Counted from the first letter of the stretch, positions 17,048 to 25,776 are shown. The stretch: 34,265 nucleotides of DNA from an archaeon (GCA_035289485.1 DATDXA010000057.1:1-34265); one strand, 5' to 3'. The notes: generated by a model not told the origin, from the letters alone. Made by a program: numbers and translations.

Positions 17048-17533
17048 TCATCCGTATAATTTTTCAATCACTTTTATGAATGTGGGGGAGTATTTTTCTC
17101 CCGCACCAATTCCATGTTTTATTTTCTTCAAATCAACAAATTCTGCAGATTCCGTTTCGCTTTTGTCTATTTTTATTGCTCCGTCAAATTTCGTTTTGAA
17201 TATTGCAACCATCTGGTTGTGGTTTTCATCATTATGTATAATTTTCCCTGCAAATGTGATTTTTGATTTTATTCCGAGTTCCTCGCGCAGTTCCCTTTCA
17301 GCCGCCTTTTCATAAGTTTCTTGAGAATCCACATGGCCCGCGCAGTTGCTGAAATAACCCGGCCTTTTCTGCAGGTTCTTTGCCCTTTTCAGGCAGAGTA
17401 TTTTGCCAGCTCCGTTCTCGACAACGACATGAACAACACGGTGCAGGAGCCATTTCTCGTGCGCTTCCTTTCTTGTGGCTTTCCCAACAACCTCATCTTT
17501 TTCATTTACAATGTCAACCATTTCTTCGCTCAT
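17048..17533 (-). CDS. Nudix protein, IDI-1/YfcD-like, inside the mevalonate operon
   Basis: AH..LHR, NCAGHV, intact Nudix box ETYEKAAERELREELGI; lacks the ExE pair (HNQ instead). Confidence 0.75.
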   Translation of the reverse strand: MSEEMVDIVNEKDEVVGKATRKEAHEKWLLHRVVHVVVENGAGKILCLKRAKNLQKRPGYFSNCAGHVDSQETYEKAAERELREELGIKSKITFAGKIIHNDENHNQMVAIFKTKFDGAIKIDKSETESAEFVDLKKIKHGIGAGEKYSPTFIKVIEKLYG

Positions 17534-17542
17534 GAATCTCCC

Positions 17543-18109
17543 TCAGGGCATTTGTTTACGTTGGGTGTTCGGTAATCTTTTTGCGTGTTTTTTTGGAAAT
17601 TTAAAATCCGCACCCCAGTCAAATTCCTCTCCCATATCATGATTTATTGTCATAAATGGGTTTGCTTTCCGTCTTTCCTTATCTATCAATTTGTAAACTA
17701 CATCCATCATTCTGGGCTGTATTCGGCTTAATGTAACCCTATTGACATTCTGTTTTTTCCCTTCAGCCGCCACTCTATACGCCAATCTTTGTGCGATGCC
17801 TTTTCCTCTAAACTCGGGCAAAACGAATATACTCGTAAATCTGAGATTATTTTCTGGTTTCGGCCAAAATTTCTTGTCTAGACTTAAATACCTTTTATCG
17901 TTCGCCGGATCAACTTTCCAAAAATCTGCTGTAGCAAAACCCACAAGTGTTTCTCCTTCATAGGCCCCAAACTTTAATCCGTCACTTCTGATTGACTTTT
18001 TCCACTCTTCTCGTTCGTGCCCCCAGATTCCAGACTCTTGTACAAACCCTTCAATCATCTGTTCTGGTATTTCTTTAACCACACTAATTCGTGCACGACT
18101 TTGCGGCAT
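17543..18109 (-). CDS. GNAT-domain orphan with basic termini
   Basis: IFVLPEFRGKGIA motif A; AT-rich; abuts the MVD stop (TGA ATG). Confidence 0.75.
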   Translation of the reverse strand: MPQSRARISVVKEIPEQMIEGFVQESGIWGHEREEWKKSIRSDGLKFGAYEGETLVGFATADFWKVDPANDKRYLSLDKKFWPKPENNLRFTSIFVLPEFRGKGIAQRLAYRVAAEGKKQNVNRVTLSRIQPRMMDVVYKLIDKERRKANPFMTINHDMGEEFDWGADFKFPKKHAKRLPNTQRKQMP

Positions 18110-19102
18110 TCAGAACAGCCCCTTCTTCTCTGTGCGCGCAGCATCCCCCGCATGGCACACATAAACCTTCTTCACTTCTTTCATTTCCGTTATGCGCTTC
18201 TGGATTTTTTTTGCGTTGCGGTCAAGGCAGAGAATTTTGACCTGCGGCCCACCATCGATTGTAAAATATGCCTCCATTCCCTCCTCGCGCATCGCCATCA
18301 CTTCTTTCATCATGGTTACAGTTTCAGGAGTCCAGTAAATTATGTGCGGAGTTGTCGTAATCATGGTTGAGTGCATCTTTAGAGCGTTTAATTCCGCAGT
18401 AACTCCAAGCTGTGTGAATTTTTTTTCAAGTATTCCCGCGCGCACTTTCTCTAAATCATCTTCTACCCCTTCAAGCCATGCTTTGTAAAACGGCGAATTC
18501 GCAACTGTTTGCCTCATTCCCGCGCGCGATTTTATTTTTTTCTCCTTTGAAGTGACAACCGAAACCACCATTGCAAGTTCAGGCCAGTGGTCCTTTGGCG
18601 CTATCTGCTTAGCATAACTATCAGACCCATCTTCCATGCTTCCTTTTGTCCATTCCACAAATCCGTCATGGAAAGAGCGGCAAGCGCTTCCAGAGCCCTG
18701 CCGCGCAATAATGCTAAGCTCGCGCGCGCTCAAATCAAGATCAAGCGCTTTCGCGGATGCAAGAGTTAGGGCGGCAAACCCCGAAGCCGAACTTGCAAGC
18801 CCTGCGGCTTTTGGGAAGTTGCTCTCGCTTACAATCCTTGCCTTTTCTGAAACTCCAGCCCTTTTTCTCACAATATTTAGCTGCAGTGCCGCCCTCTCAA
18901 GTTCTTCACCAGAAATTTTTTCGCCATCAATTGAGAGCGTATCCGCTTTGTATTTTTCCGAGAACTCAACAGTAGTTGTGGTGTAGAGCCCATCAAGCGT
19001 CATTGAAATGCTCGAATTGTGCGGCAAAATAAGCTTCTCATCTCTCTTGCCCCAGTACTTTACAAGCGCGATGTTTGAATTTGCCGTTGCCGTGGATTTC
19101 AT
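18110..19102 (-). CDS. mvaD: Diphosphomevalonate decarboxylase
   Basis: NIALVKYWGKRD, AGLASSASG, GSGSACRS, TIDGGPQV; adjacent PMK supports the diphospho substrate. Confidence 0.9.
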   Translation of the reverse strand: MKSTATANSNIALVKYWGKRDEKLILPHNSSISMTLDGLYTTTTVEFSEKYKADTLSIDGEKISGEELERAALQLNIVRKRAGVSEKARIVSESNFPKAAGLASSASGFAALTLASAKALDLDLSARELSIIARQGSGSACRSFHDGFVEWTKGSMEDGSDSYAKQIAPKDHWPELAMVVSVVTSKEKKIKSRAGMRQTVANSPFYKAWLEGVEDDLEKVRAGILEKKFTQLGVTAELNALKMHSTMITTTPHIIYWTPETVTMMKEVMAMREEGMEAYFTIDGGPQVKILCLDRNAKKIQKRITEMKEVKKVYVCHAGDAARTEKKGLF

Positions 19103-19103
19103 C

Positions 19104-19670
19104 TCAATTCCTCACACTTTTAATTCTTGCCCTAACGATTTTCGTGGCAACACCCATTGATTTTGCGTAGCTTTTATTTCTTTCCCCCATCAAACCAGCC
19201 CTTTTTGCACTGTAAATTCCCTTGGCCAATCTCAGAACTTCATCAACGTTTGGAATCGACGCTCTTGCACTAGCCGGCTCTCCTTTTATTTTTTTCAAAA
19301 TACCCGCTGCGTTACGCGAGCTTTCCAGCAATGCTTTCTTTTGTTGTTCACCAACACTTTTACTGCCGTAAATTTTCGGGCCTTCATTTGCAATAAATTC
19401 CAGCACCTCTCTCCAGCTTCCGAGTGATATATTGCCCCGGTGTTTCATTTCAGATTCTATTGCGTCAAGCTTGAAACCCTTCGCTTCAAGCATTTTCGCT
19501 TCCCACACCTTTTCTGGCTGCCCCTTAAACATTTTTTCAATCAAATAATCCGAAACCGCGGGGATGATGAATCCGTGCGCTTTTGGTTGGATGGCATATT
19601 CCCCAATGGCCTGTTCAACAACCCTTCTCAACCCGCTTTCTGCGTGCTTCGGGGGCAATTTCTTTTTCAT
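19104..19670 (-). CDS. Basic orphan protein between MVK and MVD
   Basis: ATGA overlap with the MVK stop; its stop lies 1 nt before the MVD start. Confidence 0.65.
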   Translation of the reverse strand: MKKKLPPKHAESGLRRVVEQAIGEYAIQPKAHGFIIPAVSDYLIEKMFKGQPEKVWEAKMLEAKGFKLDAIESEMKHRGNISLGSWREVLEFIANEGPKIYGSKSVGEQQKKALLESSRNAAGILKKIKGEPASARASIPNVDEVLRLAKGIYSAKRAGLMGERNKSYAKSMGVATKIVRARIKSVRN

Positions 19671-20617
19671 TTTGCTTCAGCTCCAATGCTTGTTTTGCGC
19701 GCCTCAAACCCTTCCTTCTCGCACGCCTTTGCGATTTTTTCCTGTGCCAACGCATCCTTTGCAAGGCATATCACAAGCCCGCCCCTTCCGGTGCCTGTGA
19801 GCTTAGCTCCGAGCGCTCCGCTTTTTTTTGCAACGGAAATTATTTTGTCAATTTCAGGGCAGCTCAAATTCATTTGCTCAAGAAGTTCCTGGTTCGCATC
19901 CATAAGCTCCCCGATTTTTTCAACGTCTCCCTCTTTGAGCGCTCCAAGCGCCTCATCAAAAACATTTTTGTACCCTGAAAATATTTTAGAAAACCTCTGC
20001 GGCTCCTTTTCCTTTTGCGCTAGCACATCCGCAACAACTTCTTTTGTTTCCTGCGTGATTCCAGAGCTCACAAGCACTATTTGCAGCGGCTTTTTAATTT
20101 TCAAAAGCTCGATTTTATTTTTCCCGCCCTGCATATTTTTTTCAAATACAAGCATCCCGCCATACGTTGAGCACGTGTTGTCAATCCCGCTTGGGGTTCC
20201 AGACCCAGCGGTTTCCGCAACGTATGCGATTTCATTTATTTTATCATCATTGAACCCGTAAGAAAAATGATTATTTAGCGCCCTTGAAATTGAGCTTGCA
20301 AGCGCCGCGCTTGCTCCCACACCGGAAGCGCATTCAAGGTTTCCTGCAAGTGTAATTTTTAGCGGAGTTTTCGCCGCGTCAATTTTGAGGTGCGTAATTA
20401 TCGCCTCAAGTTCGCGCGCAATTTCCTGCTTTTTAGTTTCCTTATACCCTTCAACTTCAGGTCTCTTATCCACGAATTCAATCCCTTTCTTTCCCTTCTC
20501 AACAGTTGCAATTGTGTTATCAGAAATAGCAGAAGCAATAGCAGGCAAGCCATACACAACAAAGTGCTCGCCAAAAAGAATTGTTTTTCCGTAGCCGATG
20601 CCTGTAGATTTTGACAT
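19667..20617 (-). CDS. mvk: Mevalonate kinase
   Basis: GKTILFGEHFVVYG, SGVGASAA, PSGIDN, GAKLTGTGRGG. Confidence 0.92.
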   Translation of the reverse strand: MSKSTGIGYGKTILFGEHFVVYGLPAIASAISDNTIATVEKGKKGIEFVDKRPEVEGYKETKKQEIARELEAIITHLKIDAAKTPLKITLAGNLECASGVGASAALASSISRALNNHFSYGFNDDKINEIAYVAETAGSGTPSGIDNTCSTYGGMLVFEKNMQGGKNKIELLKIKKPLQIVLVSSGITQETKEVVADVLAQKEKEPQRFSKIFSGYKNVFDEALGALKEGDVEKIGELMDANQELLEQMNLSCPEIDKIISVAKKSGALGAKLTGTGRGGLVICLAKDALAQEKIAKACEKEGFEARKTSIGAEAK

Positions 20618-20680
20618 AGAGTGTACCTACCTTGCCCTGAAGAATTTAATATGCGTAGCGGTTATGTTGAAGTCTGGCAA

Positions 20681-21016
20681 TTAATATGGCGGGCGGCGCT
20701 TATTCGTCCTTTGCAGGACCGTGAAGTCCCTTGTACCAAGCTTCCGGCGCTGCCCCGTCAGAAAATTAGTTAACTGTGTTCTTGTGGTTAATATCGGGAT
20801 GCTTAATCCCAGTTCTTTGCTCTGCGCTCTCAAAACCTCTACAAGCCTCTCTAGCCCAACCTTGCCCACATTTAAATTTCCTGACTTAATTTTGGCCAAT
20901 GCCCTTGCAGGGACAATATACTGCGCACCCGATTTGTGCGCGGCTTCAAGATGTTTCCTGGCCGCCTCTTCCAAGGCTTTATGGTTCTCCGCCCAATTGC
21001 CTCCGACTATCTGCAT
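20681..21016 (-). CDS. Orphan with basic C-terminus, coupled to the DUF35 gene
   Basis: TGATG overlap with the DUF35 stop; ends QRTNKRRPPY. Confidence 0.6.
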   Translation of the reverse strand: MQIVGGNWAENHKALEEAARKHLEAAHKSGAQYIVPARALAKIKSGNLNVGKVGLERLVEVLRAQSKELGLSIPILTTRTQLTNFLTGQRRKLGTRDFTVLQRTNKRRPPY

Positions 21017-21420
21017 CACCCGACAACCCTGAATTTATACCCGTAAGCAATCGCGCCTTCGGCATCAGTATCAGAAATTTTCCTAAACATCTTCTTCACT
21101 TTCGCGCCGATTTTGATTTTTTCCTTTTCAGAATCAACCACCTGCGTTAGAAGCTTCACTCCGTTTGTGAGTTCAACTATTGCAAGGAAATACGGCGTTT
21201 CGTTTTCAAACCCCAAGGGCCCTGCAAAAACTTCGGTCCATGAAAGTATTTTTCCTTCGCGCGGCATCTCCTTTGCCTTTAGTTTTCCGCCCCTTCCGGC
21301 TGTTGGGTCAACTACGCGGGCTGGGAAAAACTCCTGTCCAGTTTGCTCGTTGATATTTCCCTCAAGCCTATATCTTTCAGGATATTTTCTCCAATGAAGC
21401 GGCAATGAACCTTGAACCAT
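21016..21420 (-). CDS. DUF35 Zn-ribbon/OB-fold scaffold of the thiolase-HMGS complex
   Basis: WRKYPERYRLEG..FFPARVV..GKILSWT..PYFLAIVEL..IAYGYKF; Zn-binding cysteines absent; start at ATG 21420. Confidence 0.9.
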   Translation of the reverse strand: MVQGSLPLHWRKYPERYRLEGNINEQTGQEFFPARVVDPTAGRGGKLKAKEMPREGKILSWTEVFAGPLGFENETPYFLAIVELTNGVKLLTQVVDSEKEKIKIGAKVKKMFRKISDTDAEGAIAYGYKFRVVG

Positions 21421-21422
21421 TT

Positions 21423-22589
21423 TCACACCTTCCTGTACAAATGCACAACACACGTTGCCCCTGACCCGCCAACATTGTGTGAAAGCCCAATTTCTGCGCC
21501 CTTAACCTGCCTCTTTCCTGCCATATTATTGAGCTGCCAATACGCTTCAATTGCCTGCTTAATTCCCGTGGCGCCAATTGCGTGTCCAAATGCCTTCAGT
21601 CCGCCGCTCGTGTTCACAGGAATCGTGCCGCCGATTGCAGTATTGCCCTGCTCCGTAAACTTCCCACCCTCTCCCTGCTTGCAAAATCCCAATGCTTCAA
21701 TTGCCATTATTTCAGCAGGGCTAAAACAATCATGGACCTCTGCAAAGCTCACATCCTTTGCCTTAATTCCAGCCTGCTTATATGCCTCGTCTGCCGCTAT
21801 TTTTGCAGCCTTTGTTTCCCACAAGTTTTTCCTATGCGCAAGTGCAAGTGTATCCGATGTCTGTGCGGACGCAATTATTTCAACCGCCTTATCAACCAGT
21901 TTCATCTTCTTTGCAACATCCGTTGCACAAAGTATAACTGCAGCAGCACCATCTGTTATTGGCGAGCAGTCAAGCAACTTTAGCGGGGATGCAATATATC
22001 CAGATTTCATTACGTCCTCTATTGTAATTTCGCTTCTGAACTGCGCGTACTCATTGTGAACCGCATTCTTGTGGTTCTTTACGGAAACCGCCGCCATCTG
22101 CTCCTCAGTTGTCCCAAATTCTTTCATGTGCGCGCGTGCCATCATTGCATAAAGCGCCGGGAAACTCGCGCCCATAAAGAGTTCAGTTTCCTGATCCCCT
22201 GCCCCCCCGAGTGCGTAGCCGGCATCCTCGGTGCTAACTTCTGTCATCTTCTCTACCCCGCCAACCGCAACAACATCATACATGCCGCTGCCCACTGCCA
22301 TGTAACCGTTCCTCAAAGCAACCCCGCCGCTTGCACATGCTGCTTCAATTCTCGTTGCCGGAATCGGGTTCAGCCCAAGCTGGTCAGCGATGAGCGCACC
22401 TATGTGCTCCTGCCCGACAAACCTTCCAGATGCCATGCATCCGCCATAAACCGCCTGAATGTCCTTGCGCTCAAGGCCGGAATCAACAATTGCCTTTGTC
22501 CCTGCCTCGGCTATCAATTCCTTGAAGTTCTTGTCCCAATGCTCGCCAAAGCGGGTGAGACCCACGCTAATAATCGAAACGCTTCTCAT
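21423..22589 (-). CDS. Acetoacetyl-CoA thiolase, archaeal type
   Basis: IEAACASG, CSPITDGAAA, EVHDCF, NTSGGLKAFGH, HNVGG. Confidence 0.93.
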   Translation of the reverse strand: MRSVSIISVGLTRFGEHWDKNFKELIAEAGTKAIVDSGLERKDIQAVYGGCMASGRFVGQEHIGALIADQLGLNPIPATRIEAACASGGVALRNGYMAVGSGMYDVVAVGGVEKMTEVSTEDAGYALGGAGDQETELFMGASFPALYAMMARAHMKEFGTTEEQMAAVSVKNHKNAVHNEYAQFRSEITIEDVMKSGYIASPLKLLDCSPITDGAAAVILCATDVAKKMKLVDKAVEIIASAQTSDTLALAHRKNLWETKAAKIAADEAYKQAGIKAKDVSFAEVHDCFSPAEIMAIEALGFCKQGEGGKFTEQGNTAIGGTIPVNTSGGLKAFGHAIGATGIKQAIEAYWQLNNMAGKRQVKGAEIGLSHNVGGSGATCVVHLYRKV

Positions 22590-22601
22590 TTTTTCACCAC
22601 A

Positions 22602-23033
22602 TCATTGACCCATTATTGCCCAATTTTTTGATACCGAAAATAAAGTAAAGCTCATTATTCCAGTAACGACAAAGTATGGGCTAATTTGTAAAAGTTTACC
22701 TTCATAAATAAATAAACCTGCATAAATAAACATCACTGTCGCTATTAAATCTAAAACAGCAACAAGTAAAAATAATATTTTATAGCTTTCAATTGGATCC
22801 CAAGAAGATGGGTAATCTGTAAGCCAAGATGTGATGGGAAATAAACCTCCAATAAAAAAGCCCACAATTAACCCGAAACCAATAATTAAGGCTATTGAAC
22901 TTAGAGATTGTAAAAAATCTGGTTGAGTAAAAGTGCTTTCCCTCAAATATGACATTGCCAAAAAAAGTCCTGAGAACATCAATCCAGACAAAGCACCTCG
23001 TTCTAGCATTTTCGGAATTTTCAATTCATTCAC
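22602..23033 (-). CDS. AT-rich four-TM orphan membrane protein
   Basis: Four hydrophobic segments; about 25% GC in two 60-nt lines counted versus about 60% in one thiolase line. Confidence 0.65.
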   Translation of the reverse strand: MNELKIPKMLERGALSGLMFSGLFLAMSYLRESTFTQPDFLQSLSSIALIIGFGLIVGFFIGGLFPITSWLTDYPSSWDPIESYKILFLLVAVLDLIATVMFIYAGLFIYEGKLLQISPYFVVTGIMSFTLFSVSKNWAIMGQ

Positions 23034-24078
23034 CCAAGCTCTTTATCTTTTTCCTATGAATCACATACTGCGCATAATCAACATATTCCTTATCCTTTAT
23101 TGCTTCAAGCAGCGGCACTTTCGCCCTGCGCTTTTCGATATTTTTTGTAACAGTCATTACGAAAGAATCGCTTCCCGCGCCCGAACCATATGATGTCACA
23201 AGTATTTTCTCCCCGGCTTTTGCAACATCAAGAACAGATGCAAGCCCGACCATTGAAGCCCCTGAATAAGTATTTCCGATTAAAGGCGTCATAAGCCCCT
23301 GCCTGATTTTTGCATCCTCAAAGCCAAGTATTTTTGCAGCGCGCACAGGGAATTTCCCATTCGGCTGGTGAAACACAGCATAATCAAAATCCTTTGCAGT
23401 CATCTTCGCCTTCTCCATCATCTTCTTTGAAGCTGAAATTACGTGCCTAAAGTATGCAGGCTCTCCCGTGAATCTTCCCGCGTGCCTTGGGAACTCCGCG
23501 TGCTGCCTTCGCCAAAAATCCGGGGTATCAGTTGTGAATGAATAAGTGTCATTGATTTCCGCGATTATTTCATCCTTATTCGAGCCAACAATAAAAGCCG
23601 CTCCGCCGCTCCCTGCCGTGAATTCCAAAGCGTCCCCCGGCCTTCCCTGCGCAGTATCAGCGCCGATTGCAAGGCCGTATCTAATCATTCCGGCTTTCGC
23701 TTCCGCAAAAACAATCTGCAGTCCTGCGGTTCCCGCTTTGCACGCAAATTCAAGGTCAGCGCACATATAATCCTGCCCGACATTGAGCGCCTCTCCAACA
23801 ATTGAAGAGGTTGTTTTCACGGCGTAGGGGTGCGATTCAGAGCCTATGTAAATTGCATCAATGTGTTGCGGATTAATTTTTGCAACTTCAAGCGCAAGCC
23901 TTGCCGCCTCAACTGAAATCGTTGCCGTGTCCTCGTCCCAAGCTGCAAGTGCTTTTTCCTTAACGCCAAGCCCTGCAGAAATCTTCTTGCCATCCTTTTT
24001 CCAGGCGCGCGCAATCTCTTCAACCGTGATGCGCTTGCGTGGAACATAGGCGCCGTAACCAACAATTCCTGGGTTCAT
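23026..24078 (-). CDS. HMG-CoA synthase, archaeal type
   Basis: GSESHPYAVK, EFACKAGT, DTPDFWRR, FHQPNGKFP, GNTYSG, SYGSGAGSD. Confidence 0.95.
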   Translation of the reverse strand: MNPGIVGYGAYVPRKRITVEEIARAWKKDGKKISAGLGVKEKALAAWDEDTATISVEAARLALEVAKINPQHIDAIYIGSESHPYAVKTTSSIVGEALNVGQDYMCADLEFACKAGTAGLQIVFAEAKAGMIRYGLAIGADTAQGRPGDALEFTAGSGGAAFIVGSNKDEIIAEINDTYSFTTDTPDFWRRQHAEFPRHAGRFTGEPAYFRHVISASKKMMEKAKMTAKDFDYAVFHQPNGKFPVRAAKILGFEDAKIRQGLMTPLIGNTYSGASMVGLASVLDVAKAGEKILVTSYGSGAGSDSFVMTVTKNIEKRRAKVPLLEAIKDKEYVDYAQYVIHRKKIKSLGE

Positions 24079-24413
24079 TTTTTGTTTCTCCTTGTGAAAA
24101 TTCTTGTGGAAAAATAACTGGGCTGTTCCGAAAGTTTTCTTCCGGACTTATGTGCATCTGCAATGGCATCATAAGCAAGATTGCGCATAATATCAACTCT
24201 TCCCCTAAATCTTGTCCCGCTGTCCGGTGATTGCGCGCGCAACATATCGTTAATTCTCATGTCGGCATTTAAGCCAGCCACATGGGGGGTTGCACCATGT
24301 TTAAGATAATATTCAATAAAATACTGTCTTAGCGCCGCTAAGTTTTGCGCTTTGCTTTTGCTGCGCATTGCCGGCTTGCCAGTACTTTTGCGCTTCACAG
24401 GTCTCTTTGCCAT
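24075..24413 (-). CDS. Basic orphan between HMGR and HMGS
   Basis: MAKRPVKRKSTGKP..RRNKK; ATGA overlap with the HMGS start; its last codons contain the AGGAG RBS of HMGS. Confidence 0.65.
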   Translation of the reverse strand: MAKRPVKRKSTGKPAMRSKSKAQNLAALRQYFIEYYLKHGATPHVAGLNADMRINDMLRAQSPDSGTRFRGRVDIMRNLAYDAIADAHKSGRKLSEQPSYFSTRIFTRRNKK

Positions 24414-24419
24414 TTATTT

Positions 24420-24580
24420 CCCTCCATTATTTCTTTCGCCCTCGCAACACTTATATTCCCTCCGAGCATGCTCCTCGGAAGGGAGCGGACTTGTCCCTTC
24501 TGCGAAGGGACAGAGGCAACTACTCTAAACATCATTTGCCCTCCATTATTTCCTTTGCCCTATTAACGCTTATATTGCCT
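24420..24580. repeat. Imperfect 42-bp direct repeat of the HMGR 3' end with hairpins between the copies
   Basis: 24420-24461 versus 24539-24580, 35/42 identical; perfect 9-bp stem TGTCCCTTC-TGC-GAAGGGACA at 24492-24512. Confidence 0.85.
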
Positions 24581-25776
24581 TCCTCCACCATCTTCGCAGC
24601 TACATCCTCGACTGCCTTGCCGGCCGCACCAGCCGTCACCGCGATGTTTTTTGCATGAAGCCTCATGTGCCCTTTCTGGATCCCCTCATTTGCAAGCGCG
24701 CGCAGCGCGGCAAAGTTCTGCGCTAGGCCAACTGAGGCAATGATTTCCGCAAGCTCGCTTGCGGTTTTCACTCCCAAAAGCTTCACATTGATTTTCGCAA
24801 CAGGGTGAGTTTTAGTTGCACCGCCAACCAATCCTACTGCCATCGGCAGTTCAATCTCCCCGACCAAATCCCCTGATTTATCCTTGTAATATTTCGTAAG
24901 CGGCCTGTATTTTCCGGAGCGCGAAGCGAATGCGTGCGCCCCCGCTTCAATTGCGCGGAAATCATTTCCAGTGGCAACCACCACGGCATCAATCCCGTTC
25001 ATTATTCCCTTGTTGTGCGTGCACGCTCGGAACTCATCATTTGCCGCAAATTCATAAGCGTCCAAAACCCTCTCAATCGCTTCCGCGCCAAGCGCCTCTT
25101 TTCCCCACACAGCTTTTGCCTTCACTGTGCGGTGCACCGCAAGGTTACTAATAATTTTAAGCCTTGTTTCCCCTCCGCTGATTTCCTCAATAATCGGAGA
25201 GATGCGCTCGCACATGGTGTTCACCGCGTTCGCTCCCATTGCATCGCGAACATCCACAAGCAAATGCAAAATAATCATCTTCCCGCGCTTTGTGCTGATT
25301 ACTTTCCCTTCAAGCTTTCGCGGGCCACCGCCGAACTTGACAAGCGTGCTATCCACTGCCGTGGCTTTTTCAAGTATTTCCTTTTTGCGCGCCATTATTT
25401 TTTTCAAAGCGCCTTTTGCATCCCTGAGTTTTACGATTTGTATCTGCCCAATCATAATGGAGTCAGTTGCTTTTGCCAAGAATCCGGAACTAAGTTTAGC
25501 CGCGTTGCTTGCCGCGGCAACTACAGAAGGCTCCTCAAGCGCGAAAGGAACCAGAACTTCCCTGCCATTCACCACAAAATTTGTGGCAATTCCAAGCGGG
25601 AGAGGAAATGTAGAATATACATTTTCAATCATCCTGTTCGCTGTCTCAAACTCGAGCGCGCCGTATTTCCCAAGCGAGGCTATTTCCTCATCCGTCAGCT
25701 CGCCGAACTCCTTGAGGATTTGCAACCTTTCTGCAAGTGTCTTTTCATAGAACTTTGAAACCTTCGAAGTCTTCAC
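24532..25776 (-). CDS. mvaA: HMG-CoA reductase, class II
   Basis: MIENV, EEPSVVAAAS, DAMGAN, THNKGIMNGIDA, GNDFRA, GIQKGHMRLH; GTG 25776 preferred over 25824. Confidence 0.93.
   Translation of the reverse strand: MKTSKVSKFYEKTLAERLQILKEFGELTDEEIASLGKYGALEFETANRMIENVYSTFPLPLGIATNFVVNGREVLVPFALEEPSVVAAASNAAKLSSGFLAKATDSIMIGQIQIVKLRDAKGALKKIMARKKEILEKATAVDSTLVKFGGGPRKLEGKVISTKRGKMIILHLLVDVRDAMGANAVNTMCERISPIIEEISGGETRLKIISNLAVHRTVKAKAVWGKEALGAEAIERVLDAYEFAANDEFRACTHNKGIMNGIDAVVVATGNDFRAIEAGAHAFASRSGKYRPLTKYYKDKSGDLVGEIELPMAVGLVGGATKTHPVAKINVKLLGVKTASELAEIIASVGLAQNFAALRALANEGIQKGHMRLHAKNIAVTAGAAGKAVEDVAAKMVEEGNISVNRAKEIMEGK

Noticed and set aside
24470..24490. SRP helix-8-like string CGGAAGGGAGC
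   Set aside because: No preceding CAGG internal-loop strand and no room for a ~300-nt archaeal SRP RNA.
24420..24580. DGR template/variable repeat pair
   Set aside because: Mismatches are not adenine-specific, the repeat is short and no reverse transcriptase is present.
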